Source of the DNA: Leptonemataceae bacterium
GTDB taxonomy: Bacteria; Spirochaetota; Leptospiria; Leptospirales; Leptonemataceae
Assembly (NCBI GenBank): GCA_965227295.1
Contig: OZ245742.1
Location: 384,001-448,000 of the forward strand
DNA: 64,000 nt
Direction: 5' to 3'
Shown: positions 1 through 8,809 of the stretch, in pieces
Position numbering within the stretch: position 1 is the stretch's first letter
Layout of the letters: the number at the start of each line of letters is the position of its first letter
Notes under the pieces: model-generated
Seen by the model: only the letters and a program-made list of their open reading frames with translations
The model's database searches: none
Told to the model about the DNA's origin: nothing
Position numbers and translations under genes: made by a program

Positions 1-1680
1 GGTTTCCAGAGAATCACCGAGTAAACGACGGATCTTCTCCGCACGCTTTGCTTCGTCGGGCAGGTCGAGCCGGCTCAGACGATCGTGCAGGACGTCGACA
101 AGATAAGATATGCCGGTGATTTGCTGACCCAGGCTGTCGTGTAAATCTCGGCCGATGCGCCGACGCTCGGTGTCACCAGCGCGAATGAGGTCGTGCTGGA
201 GTTCTCCGAGATCCTGTTCCGCCTGACTGCGCGCGGTCATGTCGAGCAGCAGCCCGTCCCAAATGATGGCACCGGTTTCTTGCGGATCCGTTCCGGGGGT
301 CGACTGTCCCTGGAGATAACGAATGCTGCCGTCACTCAGAACCACCCGCCCCTCCCAGACCCACGGCTGCATCGTGCGCGCGGATTCGATGAGGCTCTGT
401 TCGAACGCAGACCGGTCGTCCGGATGTACAACGTCCGTGATGAGCGCGGCGTTTTCCATGATGTCTTCGGGAGCGAGGCCGCAGATGCGTCGGCAACCTT
501 CGCTCACGAAGGGAAAAGACATGCTGCCGTCGGCGCTCAACCGAAACTGGAAGATCATGCCGGGGACGTTGTTCGTGAGCGCCTGGAACTGAAGCTCCGC
601 CCGTTTGCGCCAGTCGATATCCTGGAGAGAACCGAAGGCTTTGATGGCGCGGTCGCCGTCGAACTCCACTTCTCCCTGGCCTCGTACCCAGATGCGCCGC
701 CCTTGTTTGGTGATGAGCTGCAATTCCAGGTCCCAGGACTCACCGAACTTCCGCGCCCGATCCAGTATGTTCGCAATGATATCAAGATACTCCGCTGCAT
801 AGAATCTAAGCCCCGATTCCACGTCCGGTGTATACTCTTCGGGAGTGGTCTCGTGAATGCGATACATCTCCGCCGTCCAGTAGACCTCCCCCGTGATGAA
901 GTCCAACTCCCAGCCGCCGATGCGTGCGACGCGACTGGTTTCTTCCATGAGCGTCGTGATCCGGCGCAATCCGGTAATGTCCCGCGCGATGGCGTAGATC
1001 GCCTCCCCGGGACCGGCGGCCCGCGCCCGCCACTGTAAGGTGCGATACGTACCGTCCGCCGTGCGATAGCGGTTTTCGAAATCAAAGGTGCTGCTGCCTT
1101 GCGCCAGGTTCGCAAATTCGGCGTGGGTGGCCGTGCGATCGGCGGGGTGTACGAACTCCATGAACGGACGCGCAAGCAGGTCCTTGCTGCTATAACCGAG
1201 CGTTTTTTCGAACGCCGTGCTCACCACACGCAAGTAACCCGACGGGTCGGCGATGCACATGATGTCGCTGGATAGCTCGAAGAACTTTTGCAGATTGTGA
1301 GAAAGGACGTCCGGCTGATGCGGCGAGGGAATGACTTTCAACGAAAGCAGCACACCGCCCGGTAAACGAATCGCTTCCAGAGACTGCCACTGCATGCCCT
1401 CGGGCGCGGGAACCGGATGTTCCACCGTACCAACTTCCCGGGCACCGGCCAGGACTTCCTGGAGACCCTGCGCGTACTCCTGGTATATGCCGTTCACCGC
1501 GCGCAGGTCGTGCCAGAATTCCAGAATACTCTGCCCGGGCTTCGCCCCGGCGACGACCTCTTCGTTTTCCCACGCGGCGTTCACCCGAAGGATACGCCCT
1601 TCCGAATCGAGAAGGGCTCTGGAAACACTCGACTTAAGAAAAGAGGTCTCGAATAAATGTTCCTGGGATGCGAGTTCCAT
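1..1680 (-). CDS. Multi-PAS sensor histidine kinase (NarX/HisKA_3 type); runs off the left window edge
   Basis: Translated by hand from ATG at 1680 (absent from the ORF track because no stop lies in the window). Contains a PAS segment KFFELSSDIMCIADPSGYLRVVSTAFEKTLGYSSKDLLARPFMEFVHPADR and the H-box ERRRIGRDLHDSLGQQITGI near the edge. Confidence 0.85.
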   Translation of the reverse strand, partial: MELASQEHLFETSFLKSSVSRALLDSEGRILRVNAAWENEEVVAGAKPGQSILEFWHDLRAVNGIYQEYAQGLQEVLAGAREVGTVEHPVPAPEGMQWQSLEAIRLPGGVLLSLKVIPSPHQPDVLSHNLQKFFELSSDIMCIADPSGYLRVVSTAFEKTLGYSSKDLLARPFMEFVHPADRTATHAEFANLAQGSSTFDFENRYRTADGTYRTLQWRARAAGPGEAIYAIARDITGLRRITTLMEETSRVARIGGWELDFITGEVYWTAEMYRIHETTPEEYTPDVESGLRFYAAEYLDIIANILDRARKFGESWDLELQLITKQGRRIWVRGQGEVEFDGDRAIKAFGSLQDIDWRKRAELQFQALTNNVPGMIFQFRLSADGSMSFPFVSEGCRRICGLAPEDIMENAALITDVVHPDDRSAFEQSLIESARTMQPWVWEGRVVLSDGSIRYLQGQSTPGTDPQETGAIIWDGLLLDMTARSQAEQDLGELQHDLIRAGDTERRRIGRDLHDSLGQQITGISYLVDVLHDRLSRLDLPDEAKRAEKIRRLLGDSLET

Positions 1681-1777
1681 GCCGGAGTCAAATCTTGCAC
1701 CGGTCGTCGTGAAAATGCAAGGAAACTTCCACGGATATTACCGTTCCATGACAACTCTAACAGAATTCCAGTAATTA

Positions 1778-3214
1778 ATGAAATCCAACTACTTTGTACT
1801 TTTGCGCGCCTTCCTTCCTCGCCGCCTGCTCGGCCCGGGTCTGATATTTCTGGGAGTTTGGGCATTGCTTTTCGGCGTCGCCTGGCTTTTGCCCCGCGCG
1901 GAGTACCAGGGTCGTGAAGTCCAATTCCCGATCCCGTACGATATCGCGATGCAGGGTGCCGATGCGGTCCGTGCCTACACCGACGACCCGGTATTATACT
2001 TCCACACGGCCCGGGCCCTGGAACCGTTCGAAGAATGGGAAGCGGCGCTGCAACTCTACGACGCGGCAATATTCCTGGTGGAGGAAGGTACAACGAATGC
2101 GTCGCAGTCCACGGAAGGACTGAGCCGCACCGAAACTATATTTCAGGCACGTCGCGGTGCTCTACGGTGTCTGCTCGCACTGGAGTGGCACGGCGATTTT
2201 TTGGAACGCATGTCCGGCAACGAACACTGGCGCACGGCGGCGAACCACGAAGCCCGGGCCCTGTTCTATCTTAAGACCGGGCGCTACGCACAAATGATTC
2301 CGGCGTTCCTGCGTTCACAGTTTGCGGATCGATATGCGTTCGTACCTGTGAGCGCCGCGCTCATGACCGGACTGTGCTGGCTCATCTTCGTCGTGCATCT
2401 CGGACGACTGCGGTTCAGCGCGGGCAACCTTGCCTTGAGCGCGGCGGCGGTGCTGCTGGGCATGCTCAGCGTCGCGGGCACCCTGGTGGTGCTCTTCGTT
2501 TCCGAGGAGTGGATCGGCTTCGAAAAATTACCGCCAACGATCATCGGAAACATGCTCCACATGGTTCTCGGCGTGGCGTTACGCGAGGAACTCCTGAAGC
2601 TGTTGTTTTTTCTCCCGCTCGTACCGCTCTTGCTGCGCCAGGATGATCTCAGCGTACTCGTTCTCGCCGCGCTGGTAGGGCTGGGCTTTGCCGTCGAAGA
2701 GAACGTGGGATACTTTACGGCCGGCGGCGGCTTCACCGTCATCGCGCGTTTTCTCACGGCGAACTTCTTTCACATGACGCTCACCGGTTTCGCCGGCCTC
2801 TATCTCGTGCGGGCCGTGCGCACGCTACCCGCCGCGCTACGGGGCCGCAGTCGTGCCATGGCCGCCGAGGCCTGGGGGGAATTCGGAGCACAGTTCGGCC
2901 TGGTGATCCTCCTGCACGGAGCGTACAACTTTTTACTCACGGATCACAACATCGGCGATCCGATGATCGCGATGATCGTGCATGCCTGGCTGGCGTATCG
3001 ATTTCTGGGTCTCGCGAAGGAACTCGGTGCCGGCGGGCGCCGCCGCATTCCCTTATTGAACGTGTTCTTCGGCGTCTGCGCGCTGAGCAGCGGCACTGCC
3101 TATCTCATGCTGGTACCGCTGCTCGGTCCCGTGCAGGCCCTGTTGTCCGTTTTCGAGGGCATGCTGGGCCTTGCCTTCGTGGCGATCGTGTTCGTGGTGC
3201 AAACCCAGGAATGA
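1778..3214 (+). CDS. PrsW-family intramembrane glutamic protease with an N-terminal extracytoplasmic/TPR-like region
   Basis: Motifs EELLK, GLGFAVEEN, FHMTLTG and LHGAYN; multiple transmembrane helices. Confidence 0.85.
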   Translation: MKSNYFVLLRAFLPRRLLGPGLIFLGVWALLFGVAWLLPRAEYQGREVQFPIPYDIAMQGADAVRAYTDDPVLYFHTARALEPFEEWEAALQLYDAAIFLVEEGTTNASQSTEGLSRTETIFQARRGALRCLLALEWHGDFLERMSGNEHWRTAANHEARALFYLKTGRYAQMIPAFLRSQFADRYAFVPVSAALMTGLCWLIFVVHLGRLRFSAGNLALSAAAVLLGMLSVAGTLVVLFVSEEWIGFEKLPPTIIGNMLHMVLGVALREELLKLLFFLPLVPLLLRQDDLSVLVLAALVGLGFAVEENVGYFTAGGGFTVIARFLTANFFHMTLTGFAGLYLVRAVRTLPAALRGRSRAMAAEAWGEFGAQFGLVILLHGAYNFLLTDHNIGDPMIAMIVHAWLAYRFLGLAKELGAGGRRRIPLLNVFFGVCALSSGTAYLMLVPLLGPVQALLSVFEGMLGLAFVAIVFVVQTQE

Positions 3215-3439
3215 GACTTCCACCGGAACCGCGCAGGTGTAGATCGAAAGCAAGAACAGCACGGCAACAAAAACGAGGCCGCCCACGGCCGTGGTGTAAC
3301 GCATAAGCCACCAATAACGAGTGGGCCGGCCGTCGTCCGGAAGCTCGGCCGGCTCGCGATTCTTTGCAGCCTGGCGGCTATCCCGTAGAGGCAGCCAGCG
3401 CAACAGGCCGCCGTCGTGTTCGTCGTCCCGTCGGCGCAT
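3053..3439 (-). CDS. Possible small membrane protein (overlaps the 3' end of the PrsW gene)
   Basis: One clear TM segment (AVGGLVFVAVLFLLSIY) and co-directional with the upstream lipoprotein gene. The ~160-bp convergent overlap makes the 3' extent doubtful. Confidence 0.35.
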   Translation of the reverse strand: MRRRDDEHDGGLLRWLPLRDSRQAAKNREPAELPDDGRPTRYWWLMRYTTAVGGLVFVAVLFLLSIYTCAVPVEVSFLGLHHEHDRHEGKAQHALENGQQGLHGTEQRYQHEIGSAAAQRADAEEHVQ

Positions 3440-3458
3440 TGTTGCTGCGATCTGAAAA

Positions 3459-3845
3459 TTAATTCGCCGGTAGTTGCTGCTTGATTTGAGCCTGAACGAA
3501 GTCCATGATTTCGTTCGCGGGAAAGTTTTGATCGGTGAAGGTTATTCCGGCCTGCACAACGATCTGCTTCGTACCGCCTACTTCCAGGCCCGTGGACTTG
3601 ATGTACAGCGTATCCAACTGCTTCTCGTCAACACCGGGGAATTCGTTGAGAATGTTCGCACGCAACAGAACGGGGTCGATGCCTTCGACGACCTTCGCGG
3701 CCAGGGCAGTGTTTTCTTCCGTGTTGTCGTACTGGTCGACGGTGACGTTGCGTTGGGACTTGTAGGTGACCGGTGAACAGGCGATGGCAAAGAACAGGGT
3801 CGCCGTCAGTAAGGCCAGGGTAATACGAAAAGGGTAAGGCTTCAT
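3459..3845 (-). CDS. Hypothetical lipoprotein
   Basis: Signal peptide with lipobox FAIAC. Confidence 0.75.
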   Translation of the reverse strand: MKPYPFRITLALLTATLFFAIACSPVTYKSQRNVTVDQYDNTEENTALAAKVVEGIDPVLLRANILNEFPGVDEKQLDTLYIKSTGLEVGGTKQIVVQAGITFTDQNFPANEIMDFVQAQIKQQLPAN

Positions 3846-3885
3846 AGCCGCAGTCTTGAGCGCGGCATGCTCCGGGCAACCGATT

Positions 3886-4998
3886 TTAGCGCCCCGTGCT
3901 CGATCCCGCCGTCTTCAACGCCAGCATGCCGCAGGCCCCGTCGATGTCTTTGCCCGGCGAACCGCGGTTGAACACGGTGAGCCCGGCGTCCAGCAGACGC
4001 GAACGGAACTCCACCACCTCGTTCTCCGAGGGGCGACGCCAGCCCATGAGCGTGGTGTTCAGCGGGATCAGATTGATCTTACAACGCACGGAGCGGCCGA
4101 TCTTGATCAGCTTCGCCAGATGATCGTCGCTCATGTTAACGCCGGGAATCATGACGTATTCGAAGGTGATGCGCCGATCCAGGGATTTCGTAAACTTACG
4201 CGCAACGGATATTAGCTTCTCCAGCGGGTGCTTTTTGTCGACGTCCATGATCTCCGCGCGCTGCTTCGGGTCCGGATGATTCAGGGAGATGGCCAGATTA
4301 AACGGCTCGCGATCCTGAATGAAACGTTCGATGGACGGGACGACCCCCGCCGTGGAGATCGTAATGTGTCGCGCGCCGATGTTCAGCCCCTCGGGATGGT
4401 GGAGCAAACGCGCCGCCTTAATGACGTTGTCGTAATTATGAAAAGGCTCGCCCATGCCCATGAAAACGACGTTCGTGTTCATCTCCCCGCGCCGGCGAAT
4501 GAGTTCGTAGACCTGCTCGACGATCATCCAGGGCGGCAGGTTTCCCAGGAAGGGCAACGTGCCCGTGGCGCAGAACGAACAGTTGAGCGTACAACCGGAC
4601 TGCGACGAGATGCAGACGGTTTTGCGTGCTTTCTTTTCGGAATCCGGCGCGCCGGCCTTGCCCGGCGGCGGGATGATCCACACCGCCTCCACCAGGCGGG
4701 CGTCGTTTTCTTCGGCGTCCCGGCGGCGGTCCCTGCCCGTATCGAAAACGATCTTCTCGGTGCCGTACTCGTCCCGCGACGAATGACGCACCGGCAGCTC
4801 CGGTAGCGCGTTCAGCTCCGTAAGTTTTACGCGCAGGTCCTTTGAGAACTCGGTGAAATCGTCGAGACTGGTCGCCAGGTGTTTGTTCACCCGGCGAAAG
4901 GCCTGCTTCGCGCGGAACTTCGGCTCGCCGAGTTCACCGAACAACGTTTCGAGTTCGGAAAGAGACTTGCCTTTTAGATTGTAAACGTCGCCGGCCAT
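3886..4998 (-). CDS. rlmN: 23S rRNA (adenine-2503-C2)-methyltransferase RlmN
   Basis: Radical SAM motif CISSQSGCTLNCSFCATG, FMGMGEP and C-terminal DIDGACGML. Confidence 0.95.
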   Translation of the reverse strand: MAGDVYNLKGKSLSELETLFGELGEPKFRAKQAFRRVNKHLATSLDDFTEFSKDLRVKLTELNALPELPVRHSSRDEYGTEKIVFDTGRDRRRDAEENDARLVEAVWIIPPPGKAGAPDSEKKARKTVCISSQSGCTLNCSFCATGTLPFLGNLPPWMIVEQVYELIRRRGEMNTNVVFMGMGEPFHNYDNVIKAARLLHHPEGLNIGARHITISTAGVVPSIERFIQDREPFNLAISLNHPDPKQRAEIMDVDKKHPLEKLISVARKFTKSLDRRITFEYVMIPGVNMSDDHLAKLIKIGRSVRCKINLIPLNTTLMGWRRPSENEVVEFRSRLLDAGLTVFNRGSPGKDIDGACGMLALKTAGSSTGR

Positions 4999-5061
4999 TG
5001 TTAATATTCAAAGAATTTCAGTTAAACAAAAACGCCCCGGATCATGAGGCAGTATTTTTTT

Positions 5062-5170
5062 GGGCGTTCCCCTCGCTGCGCTCGGGTCGCGCTCCTCCGG
5101 GCTCCGCTTCGCTGCGGTCTCGCCTATCGGCGAGACTGGCGCTGCGCGCCACCCTGCGGATCGCTAACGC
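5062..5170 (+). ncRNA. Flavo-1-like structured repeat, copy A
   Basis: GGGCGTTCCCC-hairpin-GGGTCGCGCT...GGGCTCCG...ACCCTGCGGATCGCTAACGC. Same skeleton as five other intergenic copies; resembles the Flavo-1 RNA motif as recalled from memory. Confidence 0.6.
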
Positions 5171-5180
5171 ATAAGAATTG

Positions 5181-6296
5181 CTAAATCACGACCTGCGCCG
5201 GATCATCATTTGCTACCACTTCGCCGATCACCATCGGTTCACCGACGGCGTTGTCCGTGAAACACGGCGCCAGTTCCGGGACCGCGCGCAGCGTCGCAAA
5301 TCCCGCGCGTACTTTTGCGAGAATCGCATCCGCCTGTTCTCTCGCGACCGCCATTACCAGGCCGATGCCCATATTATACACGGAAAACATTTCACGATCA
5401 TCGATTTTTCCGCGGTCCTGAATGGTTGCGAACACCGGCGGCGGGGTCCATGCTTTGCGATCGATGCGCGCCAGTAAGCCGTCCGGCAGAATGCGCGGCA
5501 GGTTTTCGAAGAAACCTCCGCCGGTCACGTGAGCCAGGGCGCGCAGCCCGTGTTCCGCGGCGGCGCCGGAAAACGCATCGAGCACGTCCCGTATGCCGCG
5601 TTCATAAATAATCGTCGGCCGCAGTAGAATCTCATGCAACAGAAAGTCCCGGTCACGCGCGGCTTCCGGCAGGTGCAGACCATCTTTTAAGAACAACCGT
5701 CGCACAAGAGACATGCCGTTCGAATGCACCCCCGAGGACGGAACGCCGATCAACACGTCGCCGGCCTGTACGCGCTCCGGATCCAGCAAGCGCGCACGCT
5801 CCACAACGCCGGTGGTGAAACCGCCGAGATCGTAATCGTCCGGCGCCATGGTATCGGGATGCTCGGCAGTCTCACCGCCGGTCAATGCGCAACCCGCCGC
5901 GCGGCAACCGGCCGCGATGCCCTCGACGATGGCAGCCATGCGCGCCTGATCCAGCTTGCCGCAGGCAATGTAGTCCATGAAGAAGAGCGGTCGTGCGCCG
6001 GTGGCCAGGAGATCGTTCACACACATGGCCGTGAGATCGATGCCCACCGTCTCGTGACGATCGTAAAGTTTTGCCAGGTGCAACTTAGTGCCGACGCCGT
6101 CGGTGGACGAGACCAGCACCGGCTGCTCATAGTCTTTCAGCGCGGACGCGTCGAACAAACCGCCGAAGCCCGCGCGGTCCAACAACACCTCCGGACCATG
6201 CGTGCTTTTCACGGCCCCGGCGATGCGTTTGACGAAGTCACGACCGGCGTGCGTATCCACCCCGGCGTCACGGTAGGTCGTTGGTTTATCGGGCAT
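5181..6296 (-). CDS. purM: Phosphoribosylformylglycinamidine cyclo-ligase
   Basis: YRDAGVD, STDGVGTKL, GGETAEHP, SSGVHSNG, HVTGGG, YNMGIG. Start trimmed to MPDKPTTY at 6296. Confidence 0.95.
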   Translation of the reverse strand: MPDKPTTYRDAGVDTHAGRDFVKRIAGAVKSTHGPEVLLDRAGFGGLFDASALKDYEQPVLVSSTDGVGTKLHLAKLYDRHETVGIDLTAMCVNDLLATGARPLFFMDYIACGKLDQARMAAIVEGIAAGCRAAGCALTGGETAEHPDTMAPDDYDLGGFTTGVVERARLLDPERVQAGDVLIGVPSSGVHSNGMSLVRRLFLKDGLHLPEAARDRDFLLHEILLRPTIIYERGIRDVLDAFSGAAAEHGLRALAHVTGGGFFENLPRILPDGLLARIDRKAWTPPPVFATIQDRGKIDDREMFSVYNMGIGLVMAVAREQADAILAKVRAGFATLRAVPELAPCFTDNAVGEPMVIGEVVANDDPAQVVI

Positions 6297-6317
6297 GACT
6301 GGAAACAATCGCGAAGC

Positions 6318-6427
6318 TTTCACCGCGGAGACGCAGAGCACGCGGAAGCTTGTTTAAAGACTTCGCACCACGAACGCTTACCGTCAACCGCACACCCTCG
6401 CAGCCCCTCAGCGTCTCTGCGGTGAAA
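6318..6427. repeat. Long-armed inverted repeat element (REP/MITE-like)
   Basis: Left arm tttcaccgcggagacgcagag (6318-6338) matches the reverse complement of right arm ctcagcgtctctgcggtgaaa (6407-6427) at 19/21. Confidence 0.7.
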
Positions 6428-6462
6428 AACGCTTCGATCGCCTCGGGGCAGCACTGTGCGCC

Positions 6463-7506
6463 TTATTCTTCCGCGCGGATGGTCGAGGTCGGAGCCGTCA
6501 CATCGACTTTGATGAGATACGTCTTCACTGTTTCGTTGCCCAGCGGATCGACGATGCGGAACGTGAGATTGTGCTCGCCGTCCTGGGGGAGCTTGACCGT
6601 GTCGCCCGGCTTCAGCTCGGCGTAGTTACCGTCGTCGATTTTGTAGTAGAGGCGGTCCTCTTCGTTGAAGCGGGGCACGCGCATGCCGTCGCGGTTCAGT
6701 AAGATGGGCTCGCCTTCTTTCGCGTGGGCGGAATCCAGCTCACGAATGACCGGGAGGGCCGGCGGCGTGGTATCTACATAATAACTGAACAGCAGCTTGC
6801 GCGTTTCGTTGCCGATGCGGTCGACTGCCTTGTACTCGATGACGCCGCGCCCGCCGTTATCGCCGGTCTGTTGCGCGAGACCGATGCTGCTATTGTACGT
6901 CTGCCACTCCCCGTCGCGACCCGGACGCCAGAGGATTTCTTTGACCCCGACGCCGATGGAGCCGTCGTTGCCGGTCAGCGCCAGGCGCGCTTTCGGGGCG
7001 ACGCCGCCGTCTTTGGTCATGGGCGTGCCGGAAAGCGTGGCCGTTACTTTGGGCGGAGTGCTATCGATAAGGATTTGCCGCGTGGTAACGCTGCTCTTGT
7101 TGCCGGCGCGGTCCACGGTGTAGTACTGAATTTTGTAAAAGCCGTCGCTTTGCAGGCGAACCACCTGATCGGGGATGCGGCGATACTCAGCGTCGTTGAT
7201 GCTCACAAAGAGGTCCTCGAAACCGGAGAGATCGTCCGTCGAGGTGAAACGCAGCACGAGAGACTTGCCGCCCGGCACGGAGTAGACCTCGACGCCGCCG
7301 ATGTTCTTGCCCTGAACGACGTCGCCGCCGCTGCCACCTCCGGAATCGTTGCCGCCGATGCGCAGCGGCTGGAGCGGCTGGTCGGCCTCGGTGTCTTTGA
7401 CCTTGCTCTGGCCGTCCTGAGCCAACAGGCCGCCGGCGAAAATGGCCGCGGCCAGCAGCACGAAGAGTACGGTGCGGTGGTCTTGAATTCGGAAAGATAA
7501 TGACAT
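6463..7506 (-). CDS. Secreted protein with repeated OmpL47-type/Ig-like beta domains
   Basis: Signal peptide. Three repeats ending YYTVDRAGN / YKAVDRIGN / FRIVDPLGN, each followed by a D(S/T/V)T(P/A)P linker. Confidence 0.7.
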   Translation of the reverse strand: MSLSFRIQDHRTVLFVLLAAAIFAGGLLAQDGQSKVKDTEADQPLQPLRIGGNDSGGGSGGDVVQGKNIGGVEVYSVPGGKSLVLRFTSTDDLSGFEDLFVSINDAEYRRIPDQVVRLQSDGFYKIQYYTVDRAGNKSSVTTRQILIDSTPPKVTATLSGTPMTKDGGVAPKARLALTGNDGSIGVGVKEILWRPGRDGEWQTYNSSIGLAQQTGDNGGRGVIEYKAVDRIGNETRKLLFSYYVDTTPPALPVIRELDSAHAKEGEPILLNRDGMRVPRFNEEDRLYYKIDDGNYAELKPGDTVKLPQDGEHNLTFRIVDPLGNETVKTYLIKVDVTAPTSTIRAEE

Positions 7507-7579
7507 AGATATCCTCAAAACTTGCGGGAAATCGCGTGTGAGAACACATTCACGCACGCTCAGCGGGTACGCAAGCAAT

Positions 7580-7795
7580 TCAGGAAATCTCCCGAGTTTC
7601 TGTGCGGGGGGCCCCGATTTGGAATCCGTAGGAGGCCTGGTCTTGCATTTCGAGGCCCTCGGCCAGTACGGTGTCTTCGAGGCGGGCGAGTTTCTTCCGG
7701 CATTTCTTGCAGCGGGCGATGTGCGTGCGATCGTCCCGGGACACTTCTCGCCCCAGGCTGTAGTTCATGATCACTGCTGGGTCCGGACAGGCCAT
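7580..7795 (-). CDS. Small zf-HC2/ZAS-like zinc-finger protein
   Basis: N-terminal Cys (MACPD) plus HxxxCxxC (HIARCKKC). Confidence 0.6.
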   Translation of the reverse strand: MACPDPAVIMNYSLGREVSRDDRTHIARCKKCRKKLARLEDTVLAEGLEMQDQASYGFQIGAPRTETREIS

Positions 7796-7893
7796 GTATG
7801 CTCAGTATCGGCGGGACATAAGAACCGCCAGGGGCTTTTTTTGACGCGGATGCGGGCGGTGGGGTTCGCGGGAAGTTGAGGATTGGACTCTTC

Positions 7894-8013
7894 GCGCCAG
7901 GGATGTGCAGGGTCGCGCGCAGCGCGAGTCCGGAGCGAAGCGGAGGACCGAAGCGAAAGCGGAGCCCGTAGCAGCCCGGTCGCCGCCGCTTCCGACGCGG
8001 CGGCGAGGCGCCC
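7894..8013 (-). ncRNA. Flavo-1-like structured repeat, copy B
   Basis: The minus strand reads GGGCGCCTCGCCGCC...GGCGGCGACCGGGCTGCTACGGGCTCCG...ACCCTGCACATCCCTGGCGC. Confidence 0.6.
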
Positions 8014-8040
8014 AAAAGACAATTGCATGATCTTTTCTTT

Positions 8041-8165
8041 GGGCGTCTCCTGGCGGCCAGGCCCAGGCGGCCAGGACCGCGCATTCCGCGACTCCGCCTT
8101 CGGCTTCGGTCCTCCGGCTTCGCCTCCGGACTGCCGCTACGCGGCATCGCTCCAATCGCTGACGC
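8041..8165 (+). ncRNA. Flavo-1-like structured repeat, copy C
   Basis: GGGCGTCTCCTGGC...GCCAGGACCGCGCATTCCGCGACTCCG...ATCGCTCCAATCGCTGACGC. Confidence 0.6.
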
Positions 8166-8183
8166 GAAGAATTGGAATTTCCC

Positions 8184-8450
8184 TCACCCGAACCGCTTCG
8201 CCGCGCGTGCCTTTGCCTTTGCGGCTTCTTCCTCGCGATTCTTCGGCGCGGCCTGGGTAACGAGGCCGGCCAGAAGTTTCCGCGCGGCCTCCGTGACTTC
8301 GTCCACGGCCTGCTCGAAGACGGCCTCATTCGCCTGTGATGGCGTGTTGAATCCGCTCAACTTGCGTACGAACTGCAACGCCGACGCGCGGATCTCTTCG
8401 TCCGTGGCGGGCGGTTCGAAGTTAAAGAGCAGTTTGATGTTCCGGCACAT
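8184..8450 (-). CDS. DUF2277 family protein
   Basis: Characteristic N-terminus MCRNIKLLFNFEPPATDEEIRASALQFVRKLSG. Confidence 0.85.
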   Translation of the reverse strand: MCRNIKLLFNFEPPATDEEIRASALQFVRKLSGFNTPSQANEAVFEQAVDEVTEAARKLLAGLVTQAAPKNREEEAAKAKARAAKRFG

Positions 8451-8451
8451 G

Positions 8452-8808
8452 CTACTTCTCCGACCACACCGCGAACTCGTTGCCGCCGGGTTCCGCAAAA
8501 TGAAAGCGGCGCCCGCCCGGAAACGAAAAGATCGCCTTCACGATCTTCGCCCCGGCGCCTTCGACTTTCGTGAGCGTGGCCTCCAGATCGTTACTATAGA
8601 AGACAACCAACGCGCTGCCTTTCCGCGTGTCCGCGGCCAGCTCGGCTTTAAAAAAACCGCCGTCCAGCCCGGACTCCGCGGCAAAGAACGCCGTGTACTC
8701 CGGGCCGTAGTCCGTGAACTTCCAGCCGAAAACGTTTTCGAAAAACGCCTTCGTCGCGGCGAGGTCCCGGGCGGGGAACTCTACGTAGTTGATGGCCTCG
8801 TGTTTCAT
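8452..8808 (-). CDS. VOC/glyoxalase-family protein
   Basis: INYVEFPARDL...FGWKFTDYGPEY...FPGGRRFHFAEPGGNEFAVWS. Confidence 0.9.
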   Translation of the reverse strand: MKHEAINYVEFPARDLAATKAFFENVFGWKFTDYGPEYTAFFAAESGLDGGFFKAELAADTRKGSALVVFYSNDLEATLTKVEGAGAKIVKAIFSFPGGRRFHFAEPGGNEFAVWSEK

Positions 8809-8809
8809 C

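Noticed and set aside
193-1774. Plus-strand ORFs 193-1038 and 1331-1774
   Set aside because: They are antisense shadows of the minus-strand PAS kinase (1-1680).
7560-8329. Arg/Pro-rich ORFs across 7560-8329
   Set aside because: They are translations of the Flavo-1-like repeat pair, not protein-like sequence.
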